Source of the DNA: a bacterium
GTDB lineage: Bacteria > Auribacterota > UBA3054 > JAAYZF01
Assembly: GCA_012514975.1 (NCBI GenBank)
Contig: JAAYZF010000122.1
Location: 1 to 57,093, forward strand
DNA: 57,093 bases
Direction: 5' to 3'
Part shown: one piece after another, positions 43,001 to 52,352 of the stretch
How positions within the stretch are numbered: position 1 is the first letter of the stretch
Layout: each line of letters starts with the position of its first letter
Translations under genes and position numbers: made by a program
Notes under the pieces: model-generated
The model's database searches: none
Told to the model about the DNA's origin: nothing
What the model saw: the letters and a program-made list of their open reading frames with translations, nothing else

Positions 43001-45990
43001 ACATCTTTGCGCGCGGCCGTTATGGGGCCAGCCTGATCGAGTATCCGCTGTTCCCGGACCTGGCGGTGGACGCATTCAAGCGCATCGTGCTTCGCAACTC
43101 GGGCGACGACTGTCCGTACACGATGTTCCGCGATCCGATGATGCAGCGCCTCGTGCGCGGCGAGATGCCCAACGCACAGCAGGCCTACCGCCCCTGCGCC
43201 CTGTATCTCAACGGCCAGTACTGGGGGATTCACAACATTCGCGAACGGTTTGACAGCCAGTACTTCATCGGCCACTTCGGCCTCCACCCCGGCCAGTACG
43301 AGTACATCGCCTTCGACATGTATCTGCAGAAACCCGTGGCAAGCGAAGGCTCCACCGCGCACTACGACGCCCTGCTCGACTACATCACGACGCATGATAT
43401 GAGCCTGTCGGACACGTTCGCGCATGTTGCGTCACAGATGGACATCGCCAGTTTTGCCGACAACCGCATCCTCCAGGCCTACACGGCGAACACGAGCTGG
43501 CAGCACAACCAGGAATGGTGGCGCCCGCTCGCCGCGGGCGGCAAATGGCAGTGGGTTGTCGTTGACACCGACCGCGGGTTCCACACATCCAACCTCTCGC
43601 TGAACATGGTGAGCAGCATCATCAACGCCGACCCTGTTCTGCGCGCGTTGCTGAATAACGCCGAGTTCCGACGGGAATTCGCCGCCCGCTTTGCCGCGCG
43701 GCTCAGCGCCACGTTCCAGCCTGGCCGCGTCATCGGGATCATTGACCAGATGCGCGCCGGCATCGCGCAGGAAATGCCCCGGCACATCGCGCGCTGGGGC
43801 GCGCTGGACGGCATCGAGTCAATGGATGAATGGGAGGACAACGTCGAAGATCTGCGCATCTTCGCCCGCAGCCGCCCGGCGTATGTGCGCGATCACCTCC
43901 GCCAGCAGTTCGGGCTGGGGGCAGGCGTGGCGCTCACCCTTCGCGTGCGGGAGCCGGGCGCGGGACGCATTGCCGTCAATGACGTTCCGCAGCACGGCGA
44001 TCTGTGCGACGGCGCGTATTTCCAGGGCATGCCCCTGCGCGTGGAAGCCACGCCGGCCATCGGACATCGGTTCGTCCGTTGGGAGGAGTCTCCCGGCGGC
44101 GGCACTGCGACGCTTGTCAGCCGCGGCGCGCAGTGGCGGTATCTTGACACCGGAGCGGACATGGGCGCGGAATGGCACGCCCCGTCGTTCGACGATGCAA
44201 CATGGCAGGAAGGCCCCGCGCAGTTCGGGTACGGCGATGGCGACGAGGCGACGGTAGTCAGCTACGGGCCTGAGAGCACGAACCGTTACGTGACCACGTA
44301 TTTCCGCACGGCGTTTTCAGTGGCTGATCCGGGCCGGTTTCTCTCGCTTCAGCTTGCGCTCCTCAGGGATGACGGCGCGGTCGTCTATCTCAATGGCACC
44401 GAGATCGAACGGTCGAACATGCCTGCCAGCTCGGACTGTCTCACGCTTGCGCAGTCGGCGGTGTCCGGCGGCGGCGAGACGACGTTCTACTACCGGGCGG
44501 TATCGCCCGCGCTGCTCGTGGCAGGCGTCAACATACTGGCGGCCGAGGTGCACCAGTCATCGCGGAGCAGCTCGGACGTCAGTTTCGACGCAGAGCTGAC
44601 GGGCGTGATGGGCGGCGGGGAGACTGGCGTGGTGATTGCGACGACGCCCGTGATCGCCTACACGGTCAACGAACCGGCAGTACTGGCCGCGGTATTCGAG
44701 CCGGGCGGTGAGCGTCTCGCGCCGTCCGTTATCACCGGGTTGATGCAGCTTACCGGAACGGGCGAACCGTACTATGCCCAGGGCGACATCATTGTCCCGT
44801 CGAACGCGACGCTTGTCATCGGCCCCGGAGTCGAAGTGCGCATGCCGCAGGCGGCCTCCATCCATGTGTACGGCGAGCTCCACATCATGGGGAGCACGAA
44901 CAACCCCGTGCGCATCGCGCCCAACAACGCGGTCGCGTCCGCGTGGGGCGCCATCTGTTTTGATCACGCGCAGGGAACGTCCACGCTCTCGAACGTGCGA
45001 CTGGAGGGCGCGACCCACAGTGACAGGCAGGCGACGCGCATCGGCGCGGTGTCCTCGCACCACTCGTGCCTTGTCCTTGACGGCGTGGTCATCGAGGCGG
45101 AGTTCCCCGTCCACGCCGAGCATGGGTACACCATCGTGCGCAACTGCAGGTTGCACTCGAAGGCAACGTGCGACCTCGTCCATTTCATCGGAGGGTCCGG
45201 CCGCGTCGAGGGATGCGACCTGAGGGGCTCCACTGCCCCGGATACGGACGCCATTGACTACGACGGGGTGGCCAATGGCGAGATCACAAGCAACTACATT
45301 CACGACATCGCCGGCCTCAACTGCGACGGCATAGACCTTGGCGAGGGATCGTCGAACATCACGCTTGTCGGCAATATCATCCGCGCCATCAGCGACAAGG
45401 GGATTTCGGTCGGACAGGCATCAACGGCTGTGGCGCTGAAGAACCTGATCACCGGGTGCGGCCTGGGACTCGGCGTGAAGGACAAAGGGTCGTTCGTGCT
45501 GATTGACCGCTGCACGCTCCACGGCAACATCATCGGCGTCGCCTGCTTCGAGAAGAGCGCGGGCGACGGCGGCGGTCGCGCCACTGTGATAAACACCATC
45601 GTGTCGCGTTCGTGGGCGCTCGCGCTTGTTACCGACGCATTCTCTCGCGTGGAGGCGGCGTATTCGCTCTCTGACATCGATGTGCTCGACGGCGAAGGTA
45701 CGCTGTTGGCCGACCCGCTGTTCGTCAACGCCGCCACGGGCGACTTCAATCTCCGGCTCGAATCGCCCTGCATCAATGCCGGCTGGACGAACTCGCCACC
45801 TGATCCCGACGGCACCCGCGCTGATCTCGGCGCGTTCCCGTACACGCTCCCGGAGCCGGCGGCTGCGCTCGTGCTCGCCGGCATTGCGCTCGTACTCCGC
45901 CGGGGCACACGGCGAATGACGGATGCGCGCCTTTGCGTCGTGCGCCCCCCGCGGGCCGTTTGCCTCTCCCGTCTGCTTTTGCTACACTAG
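40015..45990 (+). CDS. Giant secreted multidomain protein, 1991 aa: 3x lamin-tail domain (LTD), chitobiase-C-like Ig module, CotH kinase-like domain, beta-sandwich module, C-terminal beta-helix, PEP-CTERM tail
   Basis: LTD starts are LVINEIHYNPDG..FVELWNSG, LQINEIMYHS..YIELVNAG and VRINEIMASN..WIELYNTGDTPVPLGGLFLTDN. The Ig module is GTAIRFTLDGTLPSPDSALYDGPI. The CotH block is RIVLRNSGDDCPYTMFRDPM...ALYLNGQYWGIHNIRERFDSQY. The beta-sandwich is WRYLD..W..FDD..W..GYGDGDE...YFR...LLRDDGAVVYLNG. The tail is LPEPAAALVLAGIALVLRRGTRR. ATG 40015 provides the signal-like MRNNPNHVIALALYAVLHVPFLHA. Confidence 0.8.
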   Translation: MRNNPNHVIALALYAVLHVPFLHAQLVINEIHYNPDGQMEDTEFVELWNSGDRAIDLGNWSMSAGIAYTFPAAAFIQAGGFVVVARSPQAFAVTYPGVRHVYGPFATDGRLSNNGERLALSDASGVVVRELTYGASAPWPVEADGGGASLELRHPAFDPERPGSWAASTIARGTPGATNSCFTPDALLFRTSRTPESPASGSNVLLSTRFLLGVPSSVTVACSSGAEWSEQPAARSADGIWTAELPARPDGSWVSYFVYAQATNGVMYGQPPVETQMYRVTDQPITAGELQINEIMYHSAPDAHFTPYEYIELVNAGARTVDIGGCVFEDLRLPTNELLLAPGRFAVLSDEPGVMDAVYGPIDRLIPLGMGLSDDGERLVLRSPNEVKLSEVEYAGSNGWPASPGGMGPSLELRSPYLDMAVTTSWAASAGYGTPGGPNSAAMQDVAHTLFNVRVTPPSPVEGEPFIISAHARASTNITAVIIEYRTNASDVLTVEMTDGDTPDDGVYEAVIPAMPHPAYIWYRFMLMLADGSSYPYAGAPGDPAPPLTVRLSGSGLETTVDAQDAWQVATTTGAATSSRLYMYLEGAGAALVDDVSILEIGGAGFEHISNGAFAVNDATWTKAGNHSGSAREPLLGHASPGCERIVSTGVGGSAGDSVNCRTAGSLLTDGREYQLRFAYRRAEDAWFLCHYGRRDYSAVRINEIMASNNSTYPDETGAFSDWIELYNTGDTPVPLGGLFLTDNLDNPTKWQIPATAALAPHGYAVFRADGTGRGLHASFGLSRDGEEAGLFSPEGELIDAVAFGAQFGDVSYGRQPDGTGVWAFFAAATPNAPNGGETFASVAFAPMPEAAPAGGFHGGTQSVVLAADAPGTAIRFTLDGTLPSPDSALYDGPIITASTTVVRARAYVPGMMPSAAATFTYFIGHTGPLAVVSLSTTPVFFFDEITGMYVNDIKDVEIPVHISMHEPGGALAFSIDAGTQLAGYNIFRFAQNPLNIFARGRYGASLIEYPLFPDLAVDAFKRIVLRNSGDDCPYTMFRDPMMQRLVRGEMPNAQQAYRPCALYLNGQYWGIHNIRERFDSQYFIGHFGLHPGQYEYIAFDMYLQKPVASEGSTAHYDALLDYITTHDMSLSDTFAHVASQMDIASFADNRILQAYTANTSWQHNQEWWRPLAAGGKWQWVVVDTDRGFHTSNLSLNMVSSIINADPVLRALLNNAEFRREFAARFAARLSATFQPGRVIGIIDQMRAGIAQEMPRHIARWGALDGIESMDEWEDNVEDLRIFARSRPAYVRDHLRQQFGLGAGVALTLRVREPGAGRIAVNDVPQHGDLCDGAYFQGMPLRVEATPAIGHRFVRWEESPGGGTATLVSRGAQWRYLDTGADMGAEWHAPSFDDATWQEGPAQFGYGDGDEATVVSYGPESTNRYVTTYFRTAFSVADPGRFLSLQLALLRDDGAVVYLNGTEIERSNMPASSDCLTLAQSAVSGGGETTFYYRAVSPALLVAGVNILAAEVHQSSRSSSDVSFDAELTGVMGGGETGVVIATTPVIAYTVNEPAVLAAVFEPGGERLAPSVITGLMQLTGTGEPYYAQGDIIVPSNATLVIGPGVEVRMPQAASIHVYGELHIMGSTNNPVRIAPNNAVASAWGAICFDHAQGTSTLSNVRLEGATHSDRQATRIGAVSSHHSCLVLDGVVIEAEFPVHAEHGYTIVRNCRLHSKATCDLVHFIGGSGRVEGCDLRGSTAPDTDAIDYDGVANGEITSNYIHDIAGLNCDGIDLGEGSSNITLVGNIIRAISDKGISVGQASTAVALKNLITGCGLGLGVKDKGSFVLIDRCTLHGNIIGVACFEKSAGDGGGRATVINTIVSRSWALALVTDAFSRVEAAYSLSDIDVLDGEGTLLADPLFVNAATGDFNLRLESPCINAGWTNSPPDPDGTRADLGAFPYTLPEPAAALVLAGIALVLRRGTRRMTDARLCVVRPPRAVCLSRLLLLH

Positions 45991-45999
45991 CGGCGAACA

Positions 46000-46569
46000 A
46001 TGAACTCGGGAGCAGCCATGACCCCCCTCGTGATCACAGTGGTCGTTGCCGTACTTGTCGTCATCTTCCTGGTCCTGACGTACAACCGCCTCGTCGGCCT
46101 GCGCAACCGCGTGAAGAACGCGTGGTCGCAGATCGATGTGCAGCTCAAGCGGCGGTACGACCTCATTCCCAACCTGGTCGAGACGGCCAAGGGCTACATG
46201 AAACACGAGCAGCAGACGCTCGAGAAGGTCGTCCAGGCGCGCGCCATGGCCATGAACGCCCAGGGTGTCGCCGCCAAGGCCGATGCGGAAAACCACCTGA
46301 CCCAGACGCTCAAATCGCTCTTCGCCCTCGCCGAGAACTACCCCGATCTCAAAGCCAACCAGAACATGCTCCAGGTGCAGGAGGAGCTGACGTCGACGGA
46401 AAACCGCATCGCGTTCGCCCGGCAGCACTACAACGATTCGACGATGACGTACAACAACGCGATCCAGATGTTCCCCAGCAACATCATCGCCGGCATGTTC
46501 AATTTCGCCGCGCTGGAGTTCTTCGCCGCGCCCGAGGCTGAGCGCGAGAACGTGAAAGTGCAGTTCTGA
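46000..46569 (+). CDS. lemA: LemA family protein
   Basis: An N-terminal TM is followed by [54 protein letters not shown]. Confidence 0.88.
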   Translation: MNSGAAMTPLVITVVVAVLVVIFLVLTYNRLVGLRNRVKNAWSQIDVQLKRRYDLIPNLVETAKGYMKHEQQTLEKVVQARAMAMNAQGVAAKADAENHLTQTLKSLFALAENYPDLKANQNMLQVQEELTSTENRIAFARQHYNDSTMTYNNAIQMFPSNIIAGMFNFAALEFFAAPEAERENVKVQF

Positions 46570-47504
46570 TGTCCGACACCGGCATGTATGAGCTGATCGC
46601 GCGGAACAAGCGGAATTCGTGGCTGCTTGTTCTGATCCTCATGCTGCTGCTGACGGCGACAGCGGCAAGCTTCGGGTTTTATTGGGGCGGCAAGGAATAT
46701 GCGGTTGGCGCGGCGGTCGAGATCGGGCTGCTCGGCCTGGTGTTCGCCGGCGCACTGTCGCTGTTCGGGTACTTCCAGGGCACGTCGGTCATCATGGCCA
46801 TAAGCAGCGCGCACAAGGCCGACCCGGACGGTGAACGGCAACTGCACAACGTTGTCGAGGAGCTGTGCATCGCGTCCGGCCTGCCCAAGCCTGAAGTCTA
46901 CATCATCGAGGATTCCGCGCCCAACGCGTTTGCCTGCGGACGCAATCCGGAGCACAGCGCCGTGGCCGTCACCCGCGGCCTGATGGACAAGCTCAACCGC
47001 AATGAGCTCCAGGGCGTGCTCGCGCATGAATTGTCACACATTCAGGATTACGACATCCTGTTCGCCACGCTGATCACCGTGCTCGTGGGAACGATTGTCC
47101 TGATGTGCGATCTGTTCCGCCGCATGACGTTCCTTGGCATGGGGCGGCGGCGCAGCAGCCGCAGCGACCGCGGCGGCGGGCAGGGGCAGGCGATCATGGC
47201 CATCGTCGCGCTGGCGCTGATGATCATCGCGCCCGTCTTTGCGATGATCATACAGTTCGCCGCATCGCGCCAGCGCGAGTATCTTGCCGATGCCGCGGGC
47301 GCGAAGCTGACGCGCGACCCGCTCAGCCTTGCTTCCGCGCTCGGGAAGATCGCCGGGGATCCCGACCCGCTCGAGGCGGCCAACCGCGGCACGCAGCATC
47401 TCTACATCATCAACCCGCTGAAGGCGCAGGCCGAGTTCCAGTCATGGTTCGCGACGCACCCGCCGACGAAGGAACGTATTCGCCGCCTGCGCGAGATGAC
47501 CTAG
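46569..47504 (+). CDS. htpX: M48-family zinc metalloprotease (HtpX-like)
   Basis: The HELSHI (HExxH) motif, multiple TM segments and NAFACG are present. The start overlaps the lemA stop (TGATG), suggesting translational coupling. Confidence 0.85.
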   Translation: MSDTGMYELIARNKRNSWLLVLILMLLLTATAASFGFYWGGKEYAVGAAVEIGLLGLVFAGALSLFGYFQGTSVIMAISSAHKADPDGERQLHNVVEELCIASGLPKPEVYIIEDSAPNAFACGRNPEHSAVAVTRGLMDKLNRNELQGVLAHELSHIQDYDILFATLITVLVGTIVLMCDLFRRMTFLGMGRRRSSRSDRGGGQGQAIMAIVALALMIIAPVFAMIIQFAASRQREYLADAAGAKLTRDPLSLASALGKIAGDPDPLEAANRGTQHLYIINPLKAQAEFQSWFATHPPTKERIRRLREMT

Positions 47505-47599
47505 TAGGGAACTCGCACGTTCCGAACGGCGTGGAACGCGCGTGTTCCAGGCGCTTCGCGGTAACGGCAGGGGACACTGTGACAAACGGCCGGGGGAAA

Positions 47600-48265
47600 A
47601 TGATGACGCGACAGCATTCGGCGGATTCTTTCGTTGTCGCCCTGCGGAAAGAGTATCTGCACGCGCGGCTTCAGAGGCGCAATCTCGATCGCAACCCTGT
47701 CGAGCAGTTCCGCGCGTGGCTCGACGAAGCGATGCGCGCGAAGGTCGAGCAGGCGGAAGCCATGACGCTGGCGACATGCTCGCCCACTGGCGAGCCGACC
47801 GCGCGTATTGTCCTGCTGCGCGGCTGCGATGAGAACGGGGTCGTGTTCTTCACGGACTATGGCAGCGTCAAAGGGCGGCAGCTTGCGCGCAACCCGCGCG
47901 CGGCGCTCGTGTTTTTCTGGAGCGGGCTGCAGCGGCAGGTGCGCATCACCGGCACGGTTGCGCGGGTGCCCCGCGAGGAATCGCGGGCATACTTTGCCGT
48001 GCGTCCGCGCGGCAGCCAGATCGCCGCGTGGGCGTCGCGGCAAAGCGCGGTGGTGAAAGACCGCGCGGCGCTAGAGCAGGCGTACGAGGAGATGGCCGCG
48101 CGGTTTGAGGACCAGGACATACCGTTGCCGCCGCGCTGGGGCGGGTATCGGCTGGTGCCGGACGCATTTGAATTCTGGCAGGGCAGGCGCAACCGGCTGC
48201 ATGACCGGTTTATCTACCGCAAGGCGCGCGGCGGCGCGTGGAAGATCACGCGCCTGGCGCCGTGA
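47600..48265 (+). CDS. pdxH: Pyridoxamine 5'-phosphate oxidase
   Basis: LRKEY...NPVEQFRAWLDEA, MTLATCSPTGEPTARIVLLRG, FFTDYGSVKGRQL, FFWSGLQRQVRITG, RPRGSQIAAWAS, RWGGYRL, FEFWQGRRNRLHDR and the terminal ITRLAP are present. ATG 47600 lies within ORF 47105..48265. Confidence 0.92.
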   Translation: MMTRQHSADSFVVALRKEYLHARLQRRNLDRNPVEQFRAWLDEAMRAKVEQAEAMTLATCSPTGEPTARIVLLRGCDENGVVFFTDYGSVKGRQLARNPRAALVFFWSGLQRQVRITGTVARVPREESRAYFAVRPRGSQIAAWASRQSAVVKDRAALEQAYEEMAARFEDQDIPLPPRWGGYRLVPDAFEFWQGRRNRLHDRFIYRKARGGAWKITRLAP

Positions 48266-48302
48266 GCGTGTGTGGGGACCGCCTTATGATACATGCGTGC
48301 AC

Positions 48303-48389
48303 GGATACCGTGTAAACGATCAATGGCGTGTCATGTTTCGTTGGGTGCAGAACAACGCACACGATGTCTGCTTGACTGACTATCACTGA
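48303..48389 (+). pseudogene. higB: 3' remnant (about 29 codons) of a HigB/RelE-type toxin gene
   Basis: The translation GYRVNDQWRVMFRWVQNNAHDVCLTDYH-stop matches the conserved C-terminus of HigB killer proteins (G.YSIRINDQWRICFRW..G.A.DVEIVDYH). No N-terminal two thirds and no downstream HigA-like ORF are present. Confidence 0.65.
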
Positions 48390-48476
48390 GTGAGAAACGA
48401 CAGGACAGATGACACCGTCTCCGCCGCAGCCCGGCCGCCGCTCGTCCGGCTTCTGAACCCGCTGCCCTGGACGGAT

Positions 48477-49868
48477 TCAATATGACGCGTTCGCGTGCGT
48501 CACGGCCACGTTGTTCACCTTCATGAACTTCGGCACAAGATACGCCGTCGGGTTCCGGTCACCGTACGTCATCGACAGGTCGGCCGCCACGCGCTCTGAA
48601 GAAAGCCAATCGATGTTGCCGAACAGCGTGAACAGCGTGTCCGTCACGCGCACATTGTACGGCACAGCCACGCTGCCGTCCTGTTTCAGCAGCAGCGCAC
48701 CGAAGCGGGAGCTGCCGGTGAACTGTCCCTTCGTGGCGTTCACGACATTCATGTAATGCAGGTAGGGGATGTAGAGCACATCCTTGTCGCGTTTCATTCC
48801 GAGGACGGCCTTCAGTGAATTGACCGATGATGCGCCGGGCGCGACGGCGAGGTTGAGGTGGGGCACCGTGTGGGCCGTCTCTTTCTGCGAGAACTCGTCC
48901 GCGCTGTCCCTGTCCCAGTAGAACTGCCTGAACACGCCGCGCTCGACAAACGGGAATGCCGTGCGCGCAAGCCCGTTCAGGTCGAACGCATAGGGGAACG
49001 ACTCGCGCACCGCCGGGTCGTCGATCACGGTGAACAGGTCCGAGAAGCATTTCCTGCCGATATGCTCGTCGCGCAGACAGGAGAGATTGCGCTTGCACTG
49101 CCCGCCGCCAAAGCCGAGCCAGACGAGGAACGCAAGCACATGCGCGGTGGCGTCGCTGCCGAAGACGATGTCATGCGTGCCGAGCGGGAGCTGCACCGCC
49201 TGGCCGTCGCGGTACTGCGTTGCAAGCAGAGCGAGATCGGCGTTGACGGCGCCGGGATCAAGATCCTTTTTCCGGGCGGCTGACTGGGTGGCCTGGACTT
49301 CCCACTTGAGCTTCTCGTGGTTGATCACGAGCGATGCGCCGGCATCGGTGGTGGCGTGGTAGAGCACGGCGTCGCCAAGCGTGTTCGCCGTCGCCTCCCA
49401 TACCGCGCCCGAGGAGAAGCTGCCGGCGAGTTTGAGCGCATCGGATTCGAGACCCGCGGCCGCGCGATTCACATAGTCAAGTTTCTCCTGCGGCGTCATG
49501 TCAAGGAGTGCGTCGTCGAAATGCGCGTCGTCATCCGGCAGCGCTGACAGCGGCGTGATGCTCTGGTGGTATGTGGCGGGGACGGCGTGGCGGGCTATTT
49601 CCGCCGCCTGGTCGACCGCCTTTCTCATCCCGTCAACCGCGGCGAGGTCGGTGACGAGCGCACAACTGCCCTTGGCGTTCTCCCGGTAGACGCTGACGCT
49701 CACCGTGACGAGTTCCTCGGTCGTGTTCAGCGATATCGCCGAGTTGGCAAAGCGGACGAGCGAGTTATGCTCGGCGTGAAAGAGGAACTCGGCGACGTGG
49801 CCTTTGGCCCTGGCGTACGCGGCGAGGTCGGCGAGCAGGTTTTTCGCGGCGTGTTTGTAGTCGTTCAT
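48477..49868 (-). CDS. pmbA: TldE/PmbA family protein (TldD partner)
   Basis: The PmbA_TldD fold pattern is present without HExxxH. It sits immediately downstream of tldD (the stop/start are 1 nt apart). ATG 49868 lies within ORF 48477..49988. Confidence 0.8.
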   Translation of the reverse strand: MNDYKHAAKNLLADLAAYARAKGHVAEFLFHAEHNSLVRFANSAISLNTTEELVTVSVSVYRENAKGSCALVTDLAAVDGMRKAVDQAAEIARHAVPATYHQSITPLSALPDDDAHFDDALLDMTPQEKLDYVNRAAAGLESDALKLAGSFSSGAVWEATANTLGDAVLYHATTDAGASLVINHEKLKWEVQATQSAARKKDLDPGAVNADLALLATQYRDGQAVQLPLGTHDIVFGSDATAHVLAFLVWLGFGGGQCKRNLSCLRDEHIGRKCFSDLFTVIDDPAVRESFPYAFDLNGLARTAFPFVERGVFRQFYWDRDSADEFSQKETAHTVPHLNLAVAPGASSVNSLKAVLGMKRDKDVLYIPYLHYMNVVNATKGQFTGSSRFGALLLKQDGSVAVPYNVRVTDTLFTLFGNIDWLSSERVAADLSMTYGDRNPTAYLVPKFMKVNNVAVTHANASY

Positions 49869-49869
49869 G

Positions 49870-51330
49870 TCATTTCCCGATCTGCACGTTATCAAAGCGG
49901 CACACCGGCACGCGATGGCCAAGCTCCATCGTCTGGTTCGGCTGGCCTTTGCCGCAGTTGGGCACATAGGCCAGCTCGCACGTGTCATCCGAGCCGACGG
50001 CGGAGAGCGAGCGCCAGAAGGGGAGCGTGGCGCTGCCGTACGTCGGGTTTTTCACCACGCCTTTCACGGCGCCGTCCTCGACCAGCCAGCCGATCTCGCA
50101 GGCGAAATGGAACTGCTCGCGGTTCGAGCCGATCGACCATGAGCGGGTGCCGTCGAGTATGATGCCGCGCTCGGTCTTCTTCACAATGTCATCGAGCAGA
50201 CCGTCGTCGCCGGGATCGATGTTGATGTTGGTCATGCGTTCGAGCGGCACGCGGTTGAACCCGCTGGCGCGCGCGCAGCCGCCGGGCTCGGTGAAGATTT
50301 CGCGGCCCGCCTTGGTGTTCGCCTCGACAATCGTATGGCGCGAGGTGATCGCGTTTTTGAGGATGCCTTTGTCGATGAGCACGGTGTTCCTGCACGGCGT
50401 GCCGTCGTCGTCATAGCCGAAACTGCCGGGCGAGTTCGGCAGCGTCGCGTCGGCCCGCACGGTCAGCTTCTCCGAGCCGTACTGGAGCGAACCGAAATCC
50501 TCGAGCCGCACAAACGAGCCGCCCGCGTACGAAAGCTCATAGCCGAGTATCCGGTCAAGCTCGAGCGGGTGGCCGATCACTTCGTGCGTCTGAAGGAACA
50601 TGATGCCGGGCAGGAGGATGACTGATCGCTTGTCCTGCGGGCATGCGGGCGCGGCGAGCAGCCTGGCCAGCTCGCCGATGATGCGCGGCGCGTGGTCCTC
50701 GAACAGCGCGGCTGTCTGCAGCGATTCCCATCCCCGCGTGCCCTGCCCGGAGCCGCAGAGGTCGTGCGACCGCTCCTGCGACAGCCCGTCCTTCTCGATG
50801 CCCACGACTTTCATGCTGGCAAAGACCTCATGAATCTTCTTTTCGATCTCCGCGCCTTCCGTGTTGAAGAAGAGCATCTGGCGCTTCATGAAGTCAAGAT
50901 GCGTGAACCGCTGCGCAACCGTCTTATCCTCGAGTTTGCCGTCGATGCGCTTGAGAAAGGCGATCTTCTCCGCCGTGCTCGCCTCGAAGGGGTCGACGGC
51001 GCAGGGCGACTCGTACGATGCCTTTACGGGCTGCTGCGCCGCGAGCCTGGCGGGGAAGGTGACGCGCTGCGCGGCAACCTTTGCGTTGTCGAGCGCGCGA
51101 TCAAAGAGCGCAGGGAGACTGTCAAGCGTCGATGCGGCTGCAAAGCCCCACGCGCCCTTGTACAGCACACGCACGCCAACGCCCGTCGTGCGGGCCCGGT
51201 AACACGTCTTCAGGTTGCCCTGCACATACGCGATGTGCTCGGTCTCCTCGACGGGGAAGTACCGCGCATCGGCGTAGTCGGCCCCGCATGCCTTGACGCG
51301 CTGCAACTGGTGCTTGATGTGGTTGATCAT
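49870..51330 (-). CDS. tldD: TldD metalloprotease
   Basis: LQTHEVIGHPLELDRI (HExxxH), GGSFV and NCGKGQPNQ... are TldD-type blocks. ATG 51330 has GAGGAG 8 nt upstream. Confidence 0.85.
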   Translation of the reverse strand: MINHIKHQLQRVKACGADYADARYFPVEETEHIAYVQGNLKTCYRARTTGVGVRVLYKGAWGFAAASTLDSLPALFDRALDNAKVAAQRVTFPARLAAQQPVKASYESPCAVDPFEASTAEKIAFLKRIDGKLEDKTVAQRFTHLDFMKRQMLFFNTEGAEIEKKIHEVFASMKVVGIEKDGLSQERSHDLCGSGQGTRGWESLQTAALFEDHAPRIIGELARLLAAPACPQDKRSVILLPGIMFLQTHEVIGHPLELDRILGYELSYAGGSFVRLEDFGSLQYGSEKLTVRADATLPNSPGSFGYDDDGTPCRNTVLIDKGILKNAITSRHTIVEANTKAGREIFTEPGGCARASGFNRVPLERMTNINIDPGDDGLLDDIVKKTERGIILDGTRSWSIGSNREQFHFACEIGWLVEDGAVKGVVKNPTYGSATLPFWRSLSAVGSDDTCELAYVPNCGKGQPNQTMELGHRVPVCRFDNVQIGK

Positions 51331-51361
51331 CGGTAACGCTCCTCGGTAACAAGATGGGAAG

Positions 51362-51390
51362 ATTATAGCAAAAGAGCGCAATCCGGTCAC
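51362..51390 (-). promoter_or_regulatory. Minus-strand promoter GTGACC-N17-(TGC)TATAAT for tldD-pmbA
   Basis: The + strand reads ATTATA at 51362-51367, GCA at 51368-51370 and GGTCAC at 51385-51390. The predicted 5' UTR is ~25 nt and contains the SD. Confidence 0.5.
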
Positions 51391-51458
51391 GCGGGATGGC
51401 ATGGTTCACCGTGATTCACGCGCAGGACGCCCGCGCCACCATGGCAGAAGAGTGTTGG

Positions 51459-52334
51459 TCAGGAGGTGCGGGCGGTGACGTACTCGGCGAGTGCGCCAAG
51501 GAGCGTGTTCTGCCAGTTGCGCGCCTTGAGGACGGCGTGTGCGGCGGCGGTGTGCGCGGTGGCGCGTTCGCGCGCCCCTTCGAGGCCGTAGACGGCCACG
51601 GCGGTGAGTTTGCCTGCCGCGGTGTCCTTGCCCGGGGTCTTGCCGAGCGTTTCTGCATCAGCGGTGCAATCGAGGATGTCGTCGACGTACTGGAACGCGA
51701 GGCCGAGCTGTTCACCCAGCGCGGCCAGGGCGGCGATCTGCCCGTCCGTCCCGTTGCCGGCGATGCCGCCTGCCTGGAGCGACGCGGTGATCAGATCGCC
51801 TGTTTTGTGCGTATGGACAAACGCAAGTCGCTGTTCGTCAGGCGCCTGGCCCGTGGCCTCCAAATCGGCGACCTGGCCGCCCACCATGCCCTGGCTGCCG
51901 GCAGCACGAGCGGCGACGCACACCAGCCGCGCGCGCTGCGCCGCTGTGCAGTCATGCGCTGATGCAAGCCACGAGAACGCCAGTGTGAGCAGCGCATCGC
52001 CGGCGAGGAGGGCAAGGGCTTCGCCGTAGACTTTGTGGCATGTCGGCCTGCCGCGCCGCAGATCGTCGTCGTCCATGCATGGCAGGTCGTCATGGATGAG
52101 CGAATAGGTATGGATGAGTTCGATCGCGCAGGCAGCGGGGAGCGCCACGGCGGCGGCGCCGCCCACCGCTTCGCACGCGGCAAGCGCGAGCAGCGGCCGC
52201 AGGCGTTTGCCGCCCGCCATGACGGAATAGCGCATCGCCTCGTGCAGTCGCGCGGGTGGTGCGGCCGCGGGCGGCAGGTGCTGGTCGAGGTACGCATCGA
52301 TGGTGCGGCGCTGTGTGCTGAAGGTGTCTTTCAT
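51459..52334 (-). CDS. ispA: Polyprenyl (farnesyl/geranylgeranyl) diphosphate synthase
   Basis: The first Asp-rich motif is LIHDDLPCMDDDDLRRGRPTCH. The second is FQYVDDILD. Confidence 0.9.
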   Translation of the reverse strand: MKDTFSTQRRTIDAYLDQHLPPAAAPPARLHEAMRYSVMAGGKRLRPLLALAACEAVGGAAAVALPAACAIELIHTYSLIHDDLPCMDDDDLRRGRPTCHKVYGEALALLAGDALLTLAFSWLASAHDCTAAQRARLVCVAARAAGSQGMVGGQVADLEATGQAPDEQRLAFVHTHKTGDLITASLQAGGIAGNGTDGQIAALAALGEQLGLAFQYVDDILDCTADAETLGKTPGKDTAAGKLTAVAVYGLEGARERATAHTAAAHAVLKARNWQNTLLGALAEYVTARTS

Positions 52335-52352
52335 CGTGTTCTCGGGATTCGG

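Noticed and set aside
41611-43425. 604-aa ORF on the - strand
   Set aside because: It is antisense to the LTD/CotH gene, has no recognisable motifs and has an Arg/Ala-rich shadow-ORF composition.
47105-47599. Upstream extension of the pdxH ORF (386-aa version)
   Set aside because: It overlaps htpX in another frame. PdxH homology starts only after ATG 47600.
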